Source: Pirellula sp. (GTDB taxonomy: Bacteria > Planctomycetota > Planctomycetia > Pirellulales > Pirellulaceae). Taken from it: DNA of 64,000 nt. Positions 21,329 to 31,627 of this stretch are shown here, in pieces; the first letter of the stretch is position 1, and the number at the start of each line of letters is the position of its first letter. The notes below the pieces were generated by a model. That model was given only the letters and a program-made list of their open reading frames with translations. It was not told the origin of the DNA and made no database searches. The position numbers and the translations under genes were made by a program. Where the stretch lies: assembly GCA_043744075.1 (NCBI GenBank), contig JAYTVL010000118.1:9191-73190 (forward strand), read 5' to 3'.

Positions 21329-21820
21329 CTACCTGATCGCAATTCGCCAAGTTTCCGCTAGGTGGTAAGAAGCTTCGATCGCCCTCACTTGAGCTACGCG
21401 AACTGTGTTCTTCAAATACGCTTCGGACAGCTCAATCGTTTCCGGCTTTGCAGCCACGCCACGAGCAACCAAGTTTAGCGAATCCAAAACCTCCGCAGTG
21501 TAGACATTGTTGATTGCAGCGGCACGACTCTCCGCCAACCAAGCCAAATGACTAAGCCCATCTGTGGTGGCAATCGCGCTGTTCCCTTTCGCATCCAATT
21601 CTTGATCACCAGTGATTTCCACAATGCGGCGTCGGACTGCGCTCAACTCGAAATCGGGTCCCAAAAGTTGATCCCAAAGAGCGTGCATATTTTTCCTTTG
21701 TTTGGTGATGATTCGGTTTGCTCCCCGGTCCCCAACTTCCTCAACGAATACCTTTTCCATGTAAAGACTTCCCGCATGACATGGTTGGTGTGCGTCAGCC
21801 ACAAGATGTGCGAGTCGCAA
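21329..21820 (-). pseudogene. 5'-truncated S1/P1 nuclease
   Basis: LAHLVADAHQPCHAG...GDRGAN...MHALWD matches the C-terminal half of S1/P1 nucleases (compare 61167..62159). The N-terminal W..GH half is missing and an in-frame stop precedes it. Confidence 0.75.
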
Positions 21821-21845
21821 TTACAGCGTTTCGATGCTGCCCTGA

Positions 21846-24002
21846 TCAACCCAAACCCTTGGCGAAATCAATTTTTTCCGCCCACTCAGGACGATCGATC
21901 AATGGATTCCGATTGCCCTGCACCGTAAAGATAGCTTCATTGCGATGAAGTTCATACTCGGTGATTGGATGGTCTTTATGCCAGGTCAGAATTACTTTCA
22001 GCCTCTCGGCAGTGTACTCGTTCGCAGATGCGTTTATCTCTCCTGGATAACGAAGTAAGAAATAAAGTGTCGCGCGAGCAACTGGCCCCTTCCCGGAGTT
22101 CGGCTCAAACTTACTGGGATCGCTCCTGCCGCAATCAGAGCGGATGCCCTCCCGGAAATCTGGGAAGTCGAAATACGGTGTGTTGCCTCTAAAACTGTTA
22201 CACACTGACTCGCATGCAAACAAATGGTGCAAGTCTCCTTTCATTGGCTGTTTCTTTTTGAACCAAGACTGGGGCACAACATGCTCGCAATTATACGCAA
22301 GTTGAATTTCGAGCGATTCGAGTAACTCAGCTAATGCTATTTCACTATTCGCCGCTTCCGATGACTTGAATCGCGCAAGTCGCTCTGATCGCAGGCGAGC
22401 AACCTCACGGTCTCTCGCTATTAGTTCCAAAGGGGTGAAGGATTGGCTTGAATAGATACTCGTTATCTTTAATGAACGATGCAGGTCAACCCAGGGGTAT
22501 AAGTGTGTCTTCGGATCATAGCCGAGTTTATTGGTGTGCGTATCCGAAACGATCTTGCTTAACGCTTCATAGAGCTTTGCCGGGGTGAGGTTGGCATCAA
22601 CGCTTGAAAAATATGCGGTTGCAGCCAAGCGATCCGAAGTTGCGTCGTAATAAACTCGGGTTCCAGCCCGGTTTGCTTCTGCTATCGCCGCATTGAAGCC
22701 CCCCTCGCTCAAACTGTCTGTCGTAGGTTGAGCTGGAACGGTAGCGATTCCTGGCGTACCAACATTGACAGTGATCGTGAGTGGAATCGTCCAGGAATTC
22801 GTTGTAGGAGAAATTTGTGCGATGCGTACCGAAGGTGAACCAGAAACAATAGCTTGAATTTGCGGTTGCGTTTCATTCAGTTGTGACGGATTTAGAACCA
22901 AGTCACGTAATTGCCCCTGAGCACTGGTAAGGTTGTGGATCGATTGTAGATGCTCTCGAATCGCTTTTACGCGAATACCTTCGTTTGCAATCCAGTGGAT
23001 GCGGTCTTCCCCCATCTCTTCCTTCCAGACTTGACCGTCTGTAGTCATGTACTGCCCCTGACTGTTACGTTCAGGAAAGCCTGAGTGATGCAGCGCAACA
23101 ACTTCCCATTGATCGTTGAAAACCGGAGCACCAGAGGAACCTGGCGTTGTATCTGTTTCGTAGTAGAGAAACTGGTCCACTGTATCCGGAAATTGAAGAA
23201 CACGGTTTTCTCGCAAGGCGATTTGCTTTAAGTCCCCTCCTGGGTGTTGAATAATGGTTACTCCTTCGCCTGCTAGAATCTCATCGCCAGTAGCTGTGAG
23301 CGGATTGAAACCGAAATGGCTCAGCGAAAAGGCCCCTGACAAAATTGGTGTTGAAGAAACAGCAACAATGGAAACGTCAAGGGAATCCTCAGGGCTTGTC
23401 GTGAAAAACAATTCTGGCCTCAAACGAAACGAGACTTTCGCGAGTTCATTTCCATCGAACCCGAGTTGGTAATTGAATTCAACAATGCTGTTGCCAGCAA
23501 CAGCGGTCGATGGAAGTACATGGTTATTTGTCATGAAAAGATTTGGTGAAATCATTGACCCGGTTCCATAGCCCAGAATGTCGTCTGACGAATTGCGAAT
23601 AACAACTCTTGCAACTGCGAACCCAGCTCGCTGACCTTGATCGAGATAGCGAATCGACAACAACTCGCTACGTCCAATTATTCGCTCCAACCCGATGCGG
23701 TGCAAATCTAGCCCTGCCGCCAGTTCTAGTCTCTCCGATGCATGGGCTAGGGTAATCTCTTTTGAGAAACCGAGTCGAGCCAATCGCCGCTCAACTGCGT
23801 TAGAGGGGTTCGACTGTAAGAGTTCAAATGAACTTCTAGGCTCAAGTCTTGCTCGCAACGACTCATGTCGCGTTCGAGGCGCATTTCCTTCAATGTCGAT
23901 GGTTTCAGACACTTGAAGTGCTTTTTTCCCAAACTTTTTCTGAAACCGTTTGGCTGTTGCATTCAAAAGATCCGCTCGGGACAAAATTGAAGTTGTATTC
24001 AT
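21846..24002 (-). CDS. Trypsin/V8-like serine protease fused to endonuclease I (HNH-type) domain
   Basis: Protease triad TNNHVL / LDVSIV / TPGSSGAPV; nuclease NCEHVVPQSW, DLHHLF, NSFRGN, KGPVARATLYFLLRY. Start at ATG 24002 or upstream at 24053. Confidence 0.9.
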   Translation of the reverse strand: MNTTSILSRADLLNATAKRFQKKFGKKALQVSETIDIEGNAPRTRHESLRARLEPRSSFELLQSNPSNAVERRLARLGFSKEITLAHASERLELAAGLDLHRIGLERIIGRSELLSIRYLDQGQRAGFAVARVVIRNSSDDILGYGTGSMISPNLFMTNNHVLPSTAVAGNSIVEFNYQLGFDGNELAKVSFRLRPELFFTTSPEDSLDVSIVAVSSTPILSGAFSLSHFGFNPLTATGDEILAGEGVTIIQHPGGDLKQIALRENRVLQFPDTVDQFLYYETDTTPGSSGAPVFNDQWEVVALHHSGFPERNSQGQYMTTDGQVWKEEMGEDRIHWIANEGIRVKAIREHLQSIHNLTSAQGQLRDLVLNPSQLNETQPQIQAIVSGSPSVRIAQISPTTNSWTIPLTITVNVGTPGIATVPAQPTTDSLSEGGFNAAIAEANRAGTRVYYDATSDRLAATAYFSSVDANLTPAKLYEALSKIVSDTHTNKLGYDPKTHLYPWVDLHRSLKITSIYSSQSFTPLELIARDREVARLRSERLARFKSSEAANSEIALAELLESLEIQLAYNCEHVVPQSWFKKKQPMKGDLHHLFACESVCNSFRGNTPYFDFPDFREGIRSDCGRSDPSKFEPNSGKGPVARATLYFLLRYPGEINASANEYTAERLKVILTWHKDHPITEYELHRNEAIFTVQGNRNPLIDRPEWAEKIDFAKGLG

Positions 24003-24036
24003 GATTTCTGTTTGGGCCTGGGTGTTAAAAAGACTG

Positions 24037-26250
24037 TTATGAACTGCTCGCAATTGCTTTAATTGCGTTCATATTTGCGACGAAATCAGGGTCGTCCCCG
24101 TACTTAGTCGCAAGGCTTGCGTGCTTAAGTGCGGACTCGTACATGCCGCGCTTTACAAGCTCAGCTGCGAGATTGTTATGAGCCTCTGCGTGAGTGGGGC
24201 GAAGTGCAATCGCCAAGTTATAGTGACACACAGCAGATTCTTCTTGACCAAGTTCTGAATATGCAAGCCCAAGATTGGCTTGAAGATCAGCATCCATTTC
24301 CTCGTGGTGAAGCGCGCCGAGATAGGCGTCAAGTGCAGCTGACAGGTCCCCACCCTCAAGCCTAACGTTTCCGATTTCACGTAAAGCTCGCCATTCCTGA
24401 GGCTTTATCTCGAGCACTCGCTCAAAATCGTTAATTGCTCCAACGGAATCGCCAGTTTGAGCAAGAAGAAGCCCTCGATTTAAATGGGCTTCGAAATATG
24501 GAGGTGAAAGCGCAATTGCTCGCCCGTACGCTTCGATAGCTTCTGACTCCCGACCGGCAATTTTGGATAACAAGTTACCAAGGTCGTTGTAATACTCTGC
24601 GTAGTATGGATCGCATGCTATCGCATCCAACAGATGCAACTCCGCTTGTACTTGATCGTCTATGATTTCATATATTTGGCTTGTATTGTAGATAAGGATC
24701 GAACGATGCAAACGATACGTGTCTTCTCCATAGGCTGCCAAGATCTCGGCATTGCCCCGCCTACAAAGTTCAAGTGCTTCGTCAAATTTCCTCTGCCTCG
24801 CCTTGATGTAGGCGTAGGCATTCTCAGCAAAGACCAAAATATATTTGTATTTTGGATGCTTGTTGAAACGGCTCTTAATGAGGGACAAATTCTGGGTCGC
24901 ATATGCTTCCGCACGATCCAAATCGACCGGAACCAAATAACGGCCATAAGTCATCGATTGAGCGTATAGCGCCGTCGGAACGAACTTACTTCCAGGAAAA
25001 CGTTCGAGAAATTCTTCAAGAAAGGGCGACGATGCATTTGCATTACCCATCGCATAAAGAACAAATGCGGCATTTAAGAAAATGCCATTCTGCGGGTCGT
25101 CTCCGCTGCCATGCAAACGCAGATCCAAATCGACAAACATCGGAGCGAACAATGAAAACCAACTATCATAAAGCCCAATCCCCATCAGGATTTCGAAGGG
25201 TTCAACCAACAACTCCATACGTTTATATTTATTTGACACCGCCATCGCATACGCTAGAACCAGCGGCCCCTTGCCGTCCTTGTATTTTTCTAGAGCAAAA
25301 CAATGTTTACGTTCATTCTCCAAATCGACCTGCGGTGATGAGAGCTTTTCAGCGTTGCGCCTCGCGATTGGCATCAAATAGTCACATTGGTCGTATTCAA
25401 CTGCAAGATTCTCTCGCTGAATTGGGCTCAAAGTTGCAAGAAAGAAATCGAACACCGATTCTGCCGAAAGATTCCCAACAGTCCTCACGCTATTTTCGAA
25501 GCAATGTTTCAGTGCTCGACCAATTTGTAGATTTCCAAAGCTTGCCCGATAGATTTGCTCCCGTTGATCGATCGGCATGTTGTCCACGCCGAGTTGCTCT
25601 TCGAATTCAAAACGGGAATACGCGGAGAATTGAATCGTGACGGCCTGAGGGAAAAAGAGAGTGCCATCCGGATCAAGGAGTATGAAACGCAATCGCTCAC
25701 GACTAGGCTGTATTCGACTAATAATATCGATCAGACTCTTCGATGTAGGAGACAACCAGCTGGAGTTTCGAATCGTAAGCAAAATCGAACGGCCCTTGGC
25801 CTCTAATATTTCGATTAAGAACTCCGCAAGACCAACGAGTAGCTTATTCTGATACTCATGATGATAGAAGCGTGTTCGCTCTTCTCGAGAGGAGGTGTTC
25901 GTAAGATCACTCGGAACCCGATACGACGCTGATTTCCGTGTTGGCCAGATTCGCTTTAATGTCTGTTCATGTCGTGCTACAACATGCGGAAAACACTTCT
26001 CTGCGTCTTCCAAAAGCTCGAGTAGTAGTTCCTGAAAGCCGGAAAGATACCCAGAAGACAGCCAGCTACCATTAGCAACAAACGGCTCCCAGCTCGGCAT
26101 ACTTTCTGACGCTAGCCGTACGGACGCAACTTGACCGAAGCCACTTGCACCGGTCATTACGACCAGTTGATTTGCATCAACGGCGGTCTGAATCTGGAGA
26201 GCAAGATCCGGTCGTGGAAGTTCTTCCGCATCTAACGAAGATGAATTCAC
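24037..26250 (-). CDS. Degenerate (inactive) STAND-like P-loop domain + TPR repeat protein
   Basis: VVMTGASGFGQ (Walker A lacking Lys), no acidic Walker B at ILLTIRN; more than 6 TPRs (YYNDLGNLL, AHLNRGLLL, LQANLGLAY, AHNNLAAEL). Confidence 0.75.
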   Translation of the reverse strand: MNSSSLDAEELPRPDLALQIQTAVDANQLVVMTGASGFGQVASVRLASESMPSWEPFVANGSWLSSGYLSGFQELLLELLEDAEKCFPHVVARHEQTLKRIWPTRKSASYRVPSDLTNTSSREERTRFYHHEYQNKLLVGLAEFLIEILEAKGRSILLTIRNSSWLSPTSKSLIDIISRIQPSRERLRFILLDPDGTLFFPQAVTIQFSAYSRFEFEEQLGVDNMPIDQREQIYRASFGNLQIGRALKHCFENSVRTVGNLSAESVFDFFLATLSPIQRENLAVEYDQCDYLMPIARRNAEKLSSPQVDLENERKHCFALEKYKDGKGPLVLAYAMAVSNKYKRMELLVEPFEILMGIGLYDSWFSLFAPMFVDLDLRLHGSGDDPQNGIFLNAAFVLYAMGNANASSPFLEEFLERFPGSKFVPTALYAQSMTYGRYLVPVDLDRAEAYATQNLSLIKSRFNKHPKYKYILVFAENAYAYIKARQRKFDEALELCRRGNAEILAAYGEDTYRLHRSILIYNTSQIYEIIDDQVQAELHLLDAIACDPYYAEYYNDLGNLLSKIAGRESEAIEAYGRAIALSPPYFEAHLNRGLLLAQTGDSVGAINDFERVLEIKPQEWRALREIGNVRLEGGDLSAALDAYLGALHHEEMDADLQANLGLAYSELGQEESAVCHYNLAIALRPTHAEAHNNLAAELVKRGMYESALKHASLATKYGDDPDFVANMNAIKAIASSS

Positions 26251-26273
26251 AGATTCCAGCTTTGCCTTAACAA

Positions 26274-26489
26274 CTATACCGTACCGGTGTACGGTGTTGT
26301 CGTTCGAATCCTTGTCTTCGTGACCGTTACTTTTTTGATGATTGAAGTGCCCTTCGGTTGCCCTAACTTGTTAACTAGATTTCTTTCTTCGGTAGACTCG
26401 GTTTTTATTTCAGAATCGGTCGTTGTTACTATTTCGGGGTACTTCGCGTTCAGCGGATTTACTGGAAATTCCAAATTTGGGTCAGCCAT
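26274..26489 (-). CDS. 71-aa Thr-rich peptide upstream of the TPR gene
   Basis: AGGTG RBS; 14 Thr of 71; stop 23 nt before the TPR start. Confidence 0.6.
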   Translation of the reverse strand: MADPNLEFPVNPLNAKYPEIVTTTDSEIKTESTEERNLVNKLGQPKGTSIIKKVTVTKTRIRTTTPYTGTV

Positions 26490-26656
26490 TTTTTCACCTG
26501 AGTAGATCTGGTTTGGATTTGCACCGAAGCACGGTGTTCGGCATCAAACGTATCAAGACGTTCTCTTTAGTTTAGGGCAGCCTCGCACCCGGAACAAGTG
26601 GCCCTGTTGGAGACGCAAAGTCCTCTTTGTAATTTATTTCATTGCGTATCTGGAAC

Positions 26657-27745
26657 TCACCAATTGTTGACTTCGATAAAATTCCACCCAAGCTCGTGGG
26701 TTTCTAGTCGAAGTGTATGGTTACGGTCGACTTTGAGTCCGTCTGACTGTTTTTCTGTACAGACTCGTACGATTGCGAGATACATATGCGTATTCTCAAG
26801 CGGGCGGCGAACAAATTTCCAGTCTTCGATTGCGATCATCTCAATGAATTCGGTAATCGCCCGCGCCCCAGCTAGCGTTCCAAGATGCCCGATTCCTGCG
26901 GCAAATCCAAGCAAACTACCCTCGGTTGGTTCCAGAATGCCAACGAAACCGAAATCCTCTTCTAGGTCATCACGCACCTCTCCGACAATCTCTTTATTAT
27001 CGCTTCGACGAATCATTCCTCCTTTCAACGCTGGTCCCACATAAAAAAGGCTTCCTTCCAGTTGATTCTGCGCAAATGGAAGTCGAATCTTTGGGAAAAC
27101 ATCGTCTTTGGGTACATTAAAAAATGATGCGATGACACCAGTCGTCAGACAAGTGTTCGGCGCTCCGAAGGAAAAAACGGCCGAACACGACTGTGCTTTC
27201 TCTTGCAGGAACACTTGTTTCTTGTCTTCAATTTTTTTGTGTAACTCCCAAGCCTTTGATCCTGCATCTACCGGCGGCAATTCCAGTATCGGATCAATGC
27301 GCACATCAAAATTCTGGTCACTATGCAACGCTCCTACAAACTCGCACAGTCCCTTCAAGTCATGAAGTGAAGCTACATGTTTACTTGCGTCGCCTCCATC
27401 GATCCACGTTCCGATATGACTACCTGCAACCACTTGGACCGTCGCTTTGTTTGCGAGTCGTTCCCATATCCTCGGTTTTAGCGATATAAAATGATCCGCC
27501 CGCAATCCAAAGCGCCTTAGGTTTTTCAGATTGCTCTCCTGAAGCATTGTCGACCTTTGTTCATGCTTATCGTCGGGAATACTTAAACTAAGACGTTGTT
27601 CCCTTTTTGACATCCCCAACTCCCTCGCCCTTTGAGCTAGAGCCCACTGCACTGCCCGATGGGCTACTTCCTCGCCACGTGAATCGGAAATGAATCGCAC
27701 CAGTTCATCAATCAAAAGATACACAGGCCTGCTCTCGTTTGTCAT
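26657..27745 (-). CDS. Hypothetical protein (possible N-terminal HTH-like + C-terminal alpha/beta domain)
   Basis: 362-aa ORF co-oriented with the peptide-TPR-protease operon; no firm motif. Confidence 0.6.
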   Translation of the reverse strand: MTNESRPVYLLIDELVRFISDSRGEEVAHRAVQWALAQRARELGMSKREQRLSLSIPDDKHEQRSTMLQESNLKNLRRFGLRADHFISLKPRIWERLANKATVQVVAGSHIGTWIDGGDASKHVASLHDLKGLCEFVGALHSDQNFDVRIDPILELPPVDAGSKAWELHKKIEDKKQVFLQEKAQSCSAVFSFGAPNTCLTTGVIASFFNVPKDDVFPKIRLPFAQNQLEGSLFYVGPALKGGMIRRSDNKEIVGEVRDDLEEDFGFVGILEPTEGSLLGFAAGIGHLGTLAGARAITEFIEMIAIEDWKFVRRPLENTHMYLAIVRVCTEKQSDGLKVDRNHTLRLETHELGWNFIEVNNW

Positions 27746-27976
27746 TCCTAAGTGTCCAATCGGCGATAGTTCTGAAGCTAGTTTCCGTGAATCGAAGGTG
27801 CAATCCTACCCCCCGTATTTTTCTGGCTTCTATAACGCGAGGGCAACTTTCCCCCTTTTTAAACGAATATGACAAAAATTCAAGAGCACTCTTAAAGGTG
27901 TTCATTTTTCTTTGATCTGTTTACTATCGATGGACAGACGGTACTTTTTTGCACTCTATTCGAGGAACGATCCATC

Positions 27977-28993
27977 ATGCAACGACCTTTTAGGCTTCTA
28001 GCGACATTCGCATTACTTGCGTCGACATTCGTCACTTCCGGAAGTGCTCAGTTTAATACCAACGCTACAACCGGGAACGCCCAGTCAAATCCATTTTCCT
28101 TTCGTAAGAAAGGGATTGTATTCGACATCAACTATTCAACGCTCCAAGGAGACCTAAACTACTGGGTTGCTAAAAAAGCATCCGCCGTTCGCTACCAAGT
28201 CATGTTGAAGCAACCACCCGATACTACGCTAAATGGTGCCCCATTCGATAAAGCGACGACTGAACAGCATGTACAATGGATCAATTCGCTTATGGCAACC
28301 ATTGTTGCTAACAACATGGTGCTAATCGTTGATTTCCATGTACCCGATCGAAAGGTCTTCCAGTTTCCGGTACTCAAATGGGATGACTTTACTGACGACT
28401 GGGGCCGAATCGTCGCTGGAGTAGGACATCATAGGAGTGCAAACATCGCATTCGAATTGGCAAACGAGCAGGTCAGTGACGATTGGCCGAACCGCGCACT
28501 TACGGCGGCTCAACGCATTCGTCGGGTAGAATCTGCCCGTGGCTTCGATAAGCATCCAATCCTCTATTCCCCTAGAGGCACAACAACAAGTCCAGCAACC
28601 ACTTTTACTAAGCTTCCCATCGATGGTCCACAGGTGGTGGTATTCCATTTTTGGAACTGGCTAACTCGAGGACCAAATGTTCAAAACACTCCACCTTCAG
28701 CAATTCTTGAATACCCGAATCCGAATCAATCACTCCCAACGATAAAAGCCAGGCTTAACGAGGTCCAACAATGCGGTATTTCCAACGGCTGCCCAGTGTT
28801 GATTTCAGAAGTGTCGATCGACTATCGCCACCCAGATGCAGCCGCATTTACAAAGGATTTTTTGCAAGCAGCCACAGACCGAAATATTAGCGTAACCTGG
28901 CATGCTAACGACGGTTCATACTGGGTTGGCTCAAAAAGAAACCCTGAGAGTGCTGGTTTCAAAGAGCTTGTCGCTTGGATGAATGCACAGTAG
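27977..28993 (+). CDS. Secreted glycoside hydrolase family 5 (cellulase-like)
   Basis: Signal peptide; IVDFH, FELANEQ (acid/base), FHFW, VLISEV (nucleophile), VTWH. Confidence 0.75.
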   Translation: MQRPFRLLATFALLASTFVTSGSAQFNTNATTGNAQSNPFSFRKKGIVFDINYSTLQGDLNYWVAKKASAVRYQVMLKQPPDTTLNGAPFDKATTEQHVQWINSLMATIVANNMVLIVDFHVPDRKVFQFPVLKWDDFTDDWGRIVAGVGHHRSANIAFELANEQVSDDWPNRALTAAQRIRRVESARGFDKHPILYSPRGTTTSPATTFTKLPIDGPQVVVFHFWNWLTRGPNVQNTPPSAILEYPNPNQSLPTIKARLNEVQQCGISNGCPVLISEVSIDYRHPDAAAFTKDFLQAATDRNISVTWHANDGSYWVGSKRNPESAGFKELVAWMNAQ

Positions 28994-29386
28994 GTGAGCA
29001 GTTCACGCGAAGGATTTGCAGTTTCTAAACCAGCCAACAGAATCGAATCATTCCTTTAGCTATTTCTGACCATCGCTACTCAATCTCAAATGTTCATCGC
29101 ACTTCATGTGTGGTACTCCACTAGGCGGACTGATTTCGCCACCAGCCCCCATGTATTCGGTTGGATGCGGATCGTTCTCCGGTGCCGTTACTTCAGCGTA
29201 GGATTCCGACGCTGGCCCTTCGTCTGGTCCGCTCTCGACAAACTACCTTTCTGTTTAACGCAGCCTCGCACTCGGAACAAGCGGCAAGGGCGAAAACACA
29301 ACGCAATGGCGCACGGGCGATGAACAAGCTAACAACGCTTTAGCGTTTGACGCCAAAACCATTATTATTTTCGTCCCAGGGTTTTT

Positions 29387-29674
29387 TTGTCCACTAAGCT
29401 AGAATCAGGGTCAAAAGCACGCAATCGCTTTACTTCAGGATTGCGAACATGCCGAAGGGACAGAACAGTGGGATTCTTCTTCCAAACAATTCATCATGGC
29501 GACGTCGACAAGTTCGGTCTGGCATCTGAACTTGAACGATTCGCAAACGATCAATGGGTAGGAGAACATTACACGTTTGAGCAAGCTAGCGCTTTGGTAA
29601 TGGAGCGATTCAAAAAAATGATCGAACAGGAACTGAAGTTGATCGAGTTGCGGGCCGAGATAGAAAAGGAATGA
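29387..29674 (+). CDS. Small hypothetical protein
   Basis: 95-aa ORF with protein-like composition; no motif. Confidence 0.3.
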   Translation: MSTKLESGSKARNRFTSGLRTCRRDRTVGFFFQTIHHGDVDKFGLASELERFANDQWVGEHYTFEQASALVMERFKKMIEQELKLIELRAEIEKE

Positions 29675-29767
29675 TATTTCGAACTACGACGCGGTAAAAG
29701 CTGCTTTTTGCCGAAGTGCAACGGGCGCTGAACCTATAATGCGCAAAAAAATAGGCCGTTCGCGCTT

Positions 29768-30040
29768 CTATCTTTTTGCGTCATCATCGTTTTCTCCCCT
29801 CGCGTTCACATTACCCGGATTGTAGTCCGCGTTTCTGGCTGCGATCGCGTTGGCGTTATCGTCGAACAATTTGGCGGCTTTGGCCTGCAAATGCCGAGAG
29901 TTGTCTTGATTCTCTGGATAAATCCCCCCGATGTATTCGGAAAGCAATTCGGGGTAAAATCGGGAGTAGCCTAGGATTTTGGAGTCGAGGTTTATAAAGT
30001 ACGTACCTTTGACTCCGAATTGTTCGTCCGACCTTGTCAC
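29768..30040 (-). CDS. Small hypothetical protein/fragment
   Basis: 90-aa ORF, acidic and aromatic; no motif. Confidence 0.3.
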   Translation of the reverse strand: MTRSDEQFGVKGTYFINLDSKILGYSRFYPELLSEYIGGIYPENQDNSRHLQAKAAKLFDDNANAIAARNADYNPGNVNARGENDDDAKR

Positions 30041-30108
30041 AACTATTGATCGAGACGCATTACCATGATACTGTCCCGGGCTGACAGACCCACTCCGGGA
30101 AAAACAAA

Positions 30109-30804
30109 ATGACCGAATACCAAACTTTCACTCCTGAAGAATTACTTGGACCACTAAACGAGGTGGAATCAAAGAACGCTCCAAAACAATTGTTTGTCGC
30201 TGGCGATACTAGAATCCTAGAACGCGGAGCAAGAGTTTCAATTGTAGGATCAAGAAAGGCGTCCGCTAATGGTGTTAATCGTGCGGGGAGGCTTGCAAAG
30301 CTATTGGTTGCTCGAGATATCGTCGTCGTTAGTGGGCTTGCGGAAGGAATCGACGCCGCTGCACATCTAGGTGCGATGGACTCTGGAGGACGAACAATTG
30401 GAGTCATCGGAACGCCACTTGACGTCGCTTATCCAAAAAAGCACGCGGATCTTCAGAACCGGATTGCAACCAAACATCTTTTGATATCTCAATTTCCTAT
30501 CGGTATTCCGACATCGCCAAAGTGTTTTCCGCAACGCAACCGCACGATGGCCTTAATCTCGGATGCGACCGTTATTATCGAGGCCTCGGATGCAAGTGGT
30601 TCGCTGCATCAAGGTTGGGAAGCGCTCCGGCTTGGTCGACTACTATTGATTGCAAAATCTGTTGTTGACGATCGATTGCTTTTATGGCCAAAAGAGATGC
30701 TCGAATATGGAGCGCAAGTCCTAGATGACGCAACGCTTGAGGACTTCTTTTATAGTCTTCCACCTCGAGATCTAGCGATTCATGACGGCCAACTTCCCTG
30801 CTAA
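30109..30804 (+). CDS. DprA/Smf (SLOG) family protein, core domain only
   Basis: VSIVGSRKAS, VVVSGLAEGIDAAAH, VIGTPLD..YP, FPQRNRTMALIS, IEAS..SGSLHQ. Confidence 0.9.
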   Translation: MTEYQTFTPEELLGPLNEVESKNAPKQLFVAGDTRILERGARVSIVGSRKASANGVNRAGRLAKLLVARDIVVVSGLAEGIDAAAHLGAMDSGGRTIGVIGTPLDVAYPKKHADLQNRIATKHLLISQFPIGIPTSPKCFPQRNRTMALISDATVIIEASDASGSLHQGWEALRLGRLLLIAKSVVDDRLLLWPKEMLEYGAQVLDDATLEDFFYSLPPRDLAIHDGQLPC

Positions 30805-31435
30805 CATCGCGTTTGCGTCCTACCTGACGTATGACCCCAGAGGCGATTCAGATGAGGCAAGAAAATCTCGTGATTTTACTTATTCGGTTAAGCAAGATGG
30901 ATCGGTCGGAACGATTAGAACCATTGACGGGATAATCGAGCGAATTCTGTTTAGACTCGAGCAGTTTCCGTTTTTGAGAGACTTCTTAAATCCAAAAGCT
31001 ACTCTCATTCCAATGCCTCGGAGCGCCCCGCTCAAGCCGAGTACATTGTGGGTTCCCAAACGAATTTGTGATTCGTTGGTTTCAGCTGGCCTCGGTGCTG
31101 AGACGCTGGCTTGCATCGAACGATTTAAGGCAGTTACAAAATCCTCTACAGCTGGGTCGAGGCGACCTAGCCCAGAAGAGCACTTTTCTACAACCCGGAT
31201 TTTAAACAGTCCTACTTTTCCGCTAGTTACCGATATAGTTCTCATTGACGACGTGCTAACGCGAGGATCTACATTCGTGGGAGTCTACCCACACATCCAA
31301 CGAGCATTTCCTTCCGCCAACATAAAGTGCTTTGCATTGGTTAGCACGCGGGGCCTCGATAATTTCCGACAGATCTTGGATCCTGTTCAAGGGACGATTA
31401 CGTATGACAGTGGTTCACTGGATCGAGTTCCCTGA
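30782..31435 (+). CDS. Type I phosphoribosyltransferase (ComF-like), partner of DprA
   Basis: LIPMPRS, IVLIDDVLTRGSTF PRPP-binding motif; overlaps the DprA gene end. Confidence 0.85.
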   Translation: MTANFPANIAFASYLTYDPRGDSDEARKSRDFTYSVKQDGSVGTIRTIDGIIERILFRLEQFPFLRDFLNPKATLIPMPRSAPLKPSTLWVPKRICDSLVSAGLGAETLACIERFKAVTKSSTAGSRRPSPEEHFSTTRILNSPTFPLVTDIVLIDDVLTRGSTFVGVYPHIQRAFPSANIKCFALVSTRGLDNFRQILDPVQGTITYDSGSLDRVP

Positions 31436-31627
31436 ATTGCCCAAGGGCTAATTTGTACATTGGCTATACGGACACCGCCCAAAGAAGTCGCCATAGCAAT
31501 CCGATCCGATACTTGGAGGACCTGAAGATAACCAATCAGCTGCGCACCATAACAGCTCAAGCTGCAATACTTGAGGACAAGGTGCCTCGAAGTATTACAG
31601 CTCCTAACCTTCGAACCGACTGGTCAT

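Noticed and set aside
24903-25640. 245-aa plus-strand ORF and similar long antisense ORFs elsewhere (e.g. 19572..19937, 54337..54975)
   Set aside because: They are shadows of well-supported genes on the opposite strand.
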